From NCBI RefSeq assembly GCF_009914755.1, contig NC_060925.1: a stretch of 64,000 nt of DNA; one strand, given 5' to 3'. Position 1 is the stretch's first letter; every line of letters starts with the position of its first letter. Below the pieces are notes generated by a model. The model saw nothing but the letters and a program-made list of their open reading frames with translations, did not search any database and had not been told where the DNA came from. The DNA comes from the human T2T-CHM13v2.0 reference genome, Homo sapiens. The position numbers were made by a program, and so were the translations under genes. Below, one piece after another: positions 57,411-64,000 of this stretch.

Positions 57411-58824
57411 TTAAATAATTAAAATTAAAATATTTTACAGATAGTAGCATTTGTGTGTACGTGTGTGTGTGTGTGTGCATCAAGCAATCATAAGGAAAAA
57501 GAGAGAAGTGAAAATATTATCAAAATCTTTGTTCACAATGAAACAATGTGAGTAATTTTATGCTAACAAAATTCACAATCTGCTGATAAAAATATATCAC
57601 TGTTATTTGTTATTGGCAAATAGTTTATCATCAAGCTGTCTAGATTATAAAAGTTTGAAAACACAAGCAGGAATTTAGAGAAACACAATGATATTGGGAT
57701 ACTGAACACACTAATACTAGTGCCTGACTATTTGAGTAGAAAAGAATACGGAGAGAGAGGACTTTTAAATAAAATTGCTGAATAAAACCTAATAAACATG
57801 GCATAGAACCTATGCATATGAAAAAAAACCCAATAAACAGAAATAAGTTTGGATAATAGAAACAAAGGATATGCCCTTTTTGTTGAGATTCCATGGAATT
57901 ATTTCCAAAAAAAAAAATGGTCTACTATAGACTGAAAGAATTTCCAAGAAGTAAAATATTTTCTCTGACTACCTGCAATAAAGGATACCCTAACCAAATG
58001 TAGGCTTCCTTGAGGCCCGTGGAATAACGTAGAGATGAAAAGACCTTAACAGTATCAAATCAGTTTTATTTACCACTTGGCTTTACAAGGCAAGGGTGTG
58101 GAATTTCTCAAGGTGTGCACACGTTCTTGTTCAGTTCTGCAAACCCCTTTCCTTAAGACTGCACTGAGTTCTTCTCTTGTCTTTATCATATCCGTAACAC
58201 TAATGCATGCTTTGATATGTGTTGGAATAATGTAGTCCTTTTAACATTTTTAACTATCCCCCTATCCTGAAAGGACACCAGAAAGCAGAAATCTAGTGGA
58301 CCATTTCACTGTTACCTAAGCTTGTTGTCACCATATATGTCCTCCAATTTATTTATAAACTATTTATCCTATGGTTCTTCAGTTTCTTCATTGTGATTCT
58401 TCATATCCCAAACGTCTCTAGTTTTGAAATGATGCATTATTGACCTACCATTACATGGCACACTTGATATTATATCTGGAAAAATATTAATATCACAAAC
58501 TCATATTTAATTAAATATTAACACGAAGTGAATAATAAAAGCTTATATTTTAAAAATAACTTGGAGTTTAACAATTATTTAAAGAACAAATCAGTCAAAA
58601 ATATACAAACTGTGTGGAAGATAGTATGGCCATGTTATTAAGAGGCTTTTTCCTTTCAGGGCTATATAAGGAAATGTTTTGAGATTAAATGACATCCTAT
58701 CTAGGATTTGCTTCAGAAGAAAATCACAAGTGAGAGAGAAATATATATGAAATTTTATTGGCTATGGGTTGGTAATTGCTGAAAGTAGAAAATAAGTATG
58801 ATAATTATACTAAAGAAAATGGTT

Positions 58825-61110
58825 TTAAAAACATCGTGCTTGTAGTTTTGTCTCTTTTAGTTCAATTGACACTTGTTTCATGTAATTTGAGACCATGTTA
58901 TTTGGTGCTACAAATTAGAACTCATATCTTCCTAGTGTGTTATCTATTTTTATCATTATAAAATGTCTTCCATTGTTTCTAGTAAAACTTCTTAAAGTGT
59001 AATTATCTGGATATAATGATAATTAAATATACTTTATTTGGTTAATAATTGCATAGTATTGTTTTTCATTCCTTGAAAACATTTCTGCATCCTGTTTATA
59101 GTGTGTCTCTCGTAAAAAATGTAGACTTGGATTCTTTGTTTTCACCTAGCCTGAAATCTATGTGAAAGTATTTGATTTTAATTTTATAGTTAAAGTATTT
59201 GATTTTAATTTTTTATTTTAGGTAAATTTTGATATATTTGAAAATAAAAAAATCAACTTATTTGTCTTCTACTTATTCTACCTATTCTATGTTCCTTTTT
59301 CTTCACTATCTTGGCCTTTCCTGAATTAATCAAGTATTTTTTTCCATCTCCCATTGGGTTGGTAATTATACATTGATAGTTATCATATTGATTACAACAT
59401 GCATTATTGGCTTATTAAAAGCTAATGTTACTTTTACCATTTTTCAAACAAATTAAAGGTCTGCCATCACTTTAAGTCCATTGAACTCTCTTCCATCTCT
59501 TGTGCTGTTGTTGTCATGTATTTTAATTCTACATTTATTTTTAAGCCCATAAATATTATTAGAGTATTAGTTAATACTCACTTAAATTTATCCACATTCT
59601 TACTGTTTTTGTACTTATTTGGTTTCATTCTATACTTCTATGATTTTATCTGGCAGCATATTCCCAGGCTTACAGAACTCACTTTAGTTACAGTTTTGTG
59701 TGACTCTACTGAGAAAGAATTTTCTCAGTTTTTGCTCGTTCAAAAATGTCTTCACTTCATCTTCACTTTTGAAGAATAGTGTTATTGGTTAGCAGTAAGT
59801 CTCTTTCAACACTTTAACACTGATTTTAGTTTTCCTTACAATGTTCTTCTCTCAAATAAGTTGAACCTCTTATTTTTCTATTTTAAAGCAGTGTGTCTGC
59901 TTCCTTTTGACAATTTATGATATTCTCTTTGAGGTGACTTAATCTGCTTTCCTTTGTATTTATCTTGCTTAGGGTTCACAGCAATTCTTGGATCTTTTAC
60001 TGATTAATCTTTAATTTTTAAAATATTCAGCCAATATCTCTTCTAATATTAACTCCTTCTTATTCTTTTCTCTCCTTGAGACTCATAATACAAATATCTG
60101 AGAACTTTTCATCATTTATATACATCTTTCGAGTTTTTTTCTGAGTATCTTATGTCATTTCCCTGCTTCAGTCCAGATAATTTCAACCGACCTTTCTTCC
60201 AGTTCACTAATGTTATCTTCAGCTGTCTTTAGTTTGCCATTAAACCAATCTATTGATTTCTTAATTTTAATTCTTTTATTTGTCCATTCTAGAATTTTCA
60301 TCATGCTCATTTTATGGATTTCAGTTTTCTACTAAAATGATCCATTTTGTCATCTATTTTAAAACATATATGAATCGGCATTATTTGAAAGTCTAAGTTT
60401 AGTAAGTCCATTATATGAATCATCTGTAGTTCTATTTATACTGCCTATGTTTTTCTCTTGCCTTCATTTATGTAAGTGTATCTTGTTCTATGGGGATTTC
60501 CTTTTGTTTTTAGTGCCAGATAATGTGTACACACATATTTAGGCTAATATGAGGTCCTTGGTGATGTTGTTTTCCTCCAGAGAAGACTTATATTTGTGTC
60601 TGGCTGTCAGCCTGACTTGGGAGTAGATTACCTTACACCAGTATAGACTGAGTTGTTGAAAAACTGGGTTTCAACTTTTGTGAGGAATAACCTATTTTCT
60701 ATTTGTCCTTATTCCTAGTATATAACCCTTCAGGGATCCCAACTGAATGTCTAGGGCTCTTATCTTCGGAAAGTCCTGAACTGAATTTTGTCTCCATCAT
60801 ATCATGATAGTGCTGAAAATTCTGCTAGGTTTCTAAGATTTTTGGCCACTGCTTTCTGCTTGACTTCTCAGACTCTCAGTTGCAACTTACAAACAACAAA
60901 TACTTCAAGGAATATGGTGACACTGAATGTTAGGCTAACCTCAGTGCATTTTTGTTTTCTCAGAAATCTTGGTCTCTCAGGGTCTGACTGCCTCATAGTT
61001 ACCTAATTATAAACAGTTTTTATTTTTTAATTTATATTTTTTTCTGTTGTTCTTTGTGGAAATATTGGTTTTATACAAGTTAGATCTTTACACCCAAAAT
61101 TGGAAGTCTG
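58825..61110 (-). mobile_element. Old L1M ORF1/5' region remnant
   Basis: T-rich antisense L1M text (cttccagttcactaatgttatcttcagctg, aaatattcagccaatatctcttc). Confidence 0.6.
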
Positions 61111-61955
61111 AATTAGGTATTTCTGTGGTGTTGAAATTGTGAATAACTTTTTATTACTATTGTAATCAGAAAAAGTAATAAATTCATTTATTTTATATAT
61201 GTCTATTATATAAATTGCATTTAGAGATTAGATATGGGAGGAATACGTTTGCAGATGACTAAAAAGGATTGAATAGAGGAATAGAAGTAAAACCAAGAGA
61301 ATGTGGAATAATGAAAGTCAAGAGAAGAAAGTTATTCAAGAGTGTAGAGGAGACAATTTGTTGACTGATACTAGGATAAGCAGTATAAAGAAAAAAGGAA
61401 ATGTGTAAGAATGTCAAGGTTAACTCCAGATATTGGAATTAACAAGTCACAAATACTACAAGTGTGGTACAGGTGTCAGATATATCAATTGAATAAACTC
61501 AAAAACCCATAAACAAACACAAAAATCTATACAACTGTCACTGTCATTAGTTTACCATAAAGGTGGTATTTCAAGTCAGTGAAGAAAGAATGATTGATTA
61601 AATAGAGAGCATTGGAACCCCTAAGTACACTTACTGAAAAGCAAAAAAGTTAGATACTTAATTCACACTTGATATAAAAACAAATTCCAAATAGATCAAA
61701 GACAGAAACCAAATAAAATACCATATGGAGATAGAGAAAAATAGGTCTCAAAGATTTTCCTATTTAACAAAGCAATAAATTAGTTTCATAAATATTCATG
61801 AAGACATTATTGTTAAAACTTTTAAAAGATTCAGAAAATAATTTGAAAACAAATTAAGATTATAACAAAATAAAACTAGAAATCAGGAAAATATTGGAAC
61901 TACTAACTCTATGAAACAAGTATACTGGAAAAACTAAAATAGATAATTCTAATTA

Positions 61956-62305
<350 letters not shown>

Positions 62306-64000
62306 AAATGCAATAATTAATAATAATTGGTTGTTGTAATTTAAAAGAACACTATGTACAAACCTAAGCTAATACACCTCGATGAAATAGGTGTTTTTGT
62401 AGAAATTTTAAATATTACCATAATTGATGCAGAAATATATCTAGTAATTATGCAGACTATTTATGTAAGATAATTTGGGGGGAAAGTATTACGTAATTAT
62501 CATTGCCCAAAAGGTTCTGAGCCATACAGTTTTGTGAAAACAGGCTTTCAGTACTTTTAAGAATAGATATTTCTGATGTTAGCATAATTTATTCCTGGCA
62601 AGAAAAATGATAAGGAGCTACCCAATTAATTTGATATATCTAGGATAACTCTAAAGTAAAATCAATAAAGGAAGCCGAAAAAAATAATAAAGACAATTTG
62701 ATTTGCATAAAGATTCATACATCTTAAGTACATTAAATGAAACTCAGCAACTTATTTTTAATTTTTCAAAATCGATTGGTTTTGTTTAAACAGGTATTCA
62801 ATACCATTCAACAGCTACTTCTTATTTTTGAAATGCTTTTGAAGAAGTATGTATTAAAGAATATATTCTTAATATAAAGAAAAGCTTACACCAATGATCA
62901 AATCATATTTAGGAGTAATTTTAATAGTGTCTACTATCTATTGGGCATTTAACTCAATCATTTCAACAACACTATAAAATAACTTATTGTCCCTATTTTA
63001 AATAAATCTTTACACAGATTGTAAATGGAGGACCTAGTATAGGAAGACTTAACCATTGTAGTGAAACAGTGGAGATATTCTCATTCACTGGGGACATAAA
63101 AGAGATTTGCTTCATAAACAATAAAAATCTCACACCAGAGAACAATGAAAGGAAAAATGAAAGGTCAGCTGCACCTGGGAAAAACTCATGCAACCTATCT
63201 GATAGAGAATGGTTTATTATCATTAATATAAAATCAGGATGTGGTATTTTTATTTTTTTAAGAAAAAGCCATCAACTCAAATCTTACTTTGGATGTTGTA
63301 AACATTTTCGTCCTGATAACAATTTGAGATTTCCTCTTCCCCAAGCTTTTTGCCTTTTCTGGAGAGGGAGAAAAAATAAGCATTAGGGAAATTCTAGATA
63401 AAAGTTATTCTGTATTTAACTTTTATTAAAATGCATTATCTTTGATGATTCAATCCACTTTGATTTAAAACTACTTTTAAAATATTCACGGGTTTTATAG
63501 TAAGATACTATCACAGTTGTATTTTTTTTGACTCTTCAAAACACAAAATTAAATTTTCTCACTTTCATATATTTAGTTCATTCTCAGACTGAATGTGTCC
63601 TAACTGCATATTTCAGGAGATTGCTGTCGTTAGCCATTGAAGAAATTTTAATTCCCTTTGATCAGCTAACCAGGTTAAACAACTTCATTAGGAGATAAAA
63701 TTTTAATTAAGAAGGAAGCGCTTTGGGATTAAAAGAAAAAAGTTGCTAAAACAAGTTGAAATGTCATCAAATTTTATTCGTTCATATAAAGTATTGGCTC
63801 GGCATATATGGGGTGTGCGGTGTTTACTACATTTTGTCCTTGTCTCTCTTTTTTTGCCTTTGTCCACATTGTTTATTTAGATGCTACAAATGGGTAGTCA
63901 GAGAATTAAATGTACTTATATTTTCAAGGAGACATTCCTGAAATGGTTTTTATTCTCATTTGCATGGGAACTATGTGTGAAATAGACAAATACAGGCAAG

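Noticed and set aside
58073-58200. Minus-strand open frame TDMIKTREELSAVLRKGV...
   Set aside because: About 40 codons, weak acceptor and no recognisable family; consistent with chance.

Overview
Repeat-dense, AT-rich primate DNA, most likely human or great ape (L1PA2, AluS/AluJ, THE1, MST, Tigger2). It looks intergenic or deep-intronic. I find no convincing host protein-coding gene, tRNA/rRNA or CRISPR array. Almost all ORFs in the track are L1, Alu, MaLR or Tigger remnants, or chance ORFs. The main structure is a five-layer nested stack at about 32.4-48.9 kb: old L1M > MLT2 LTR > Tigger2 > L1PB / L1PA11-13 / AluJ / L1PA2 > AluS. Its youngest member is an L1PA2 with an intact promoter and antisense ORF0, a lost ORF1 start codon and a ~1.6-kb deletion removing the RT domain. 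Atypical insertion scars are also visible. These are a tail-less internal L1 fragment with a 16-bp duplication, a unique-sequence/Alu-monomer chimera, an ~80-bp twin-primed L1, a candidate L1 3' transduction and an Alu with an inverted tail. There is also an unusually CpG-rich AluSp and a weak candidate set of spliced exons at 2.5-4.5 kb. I do not see evidence for a wholly new biological system. Subfamily names come from remembered consensus sequences, and boundaries of old repeats are approximate.
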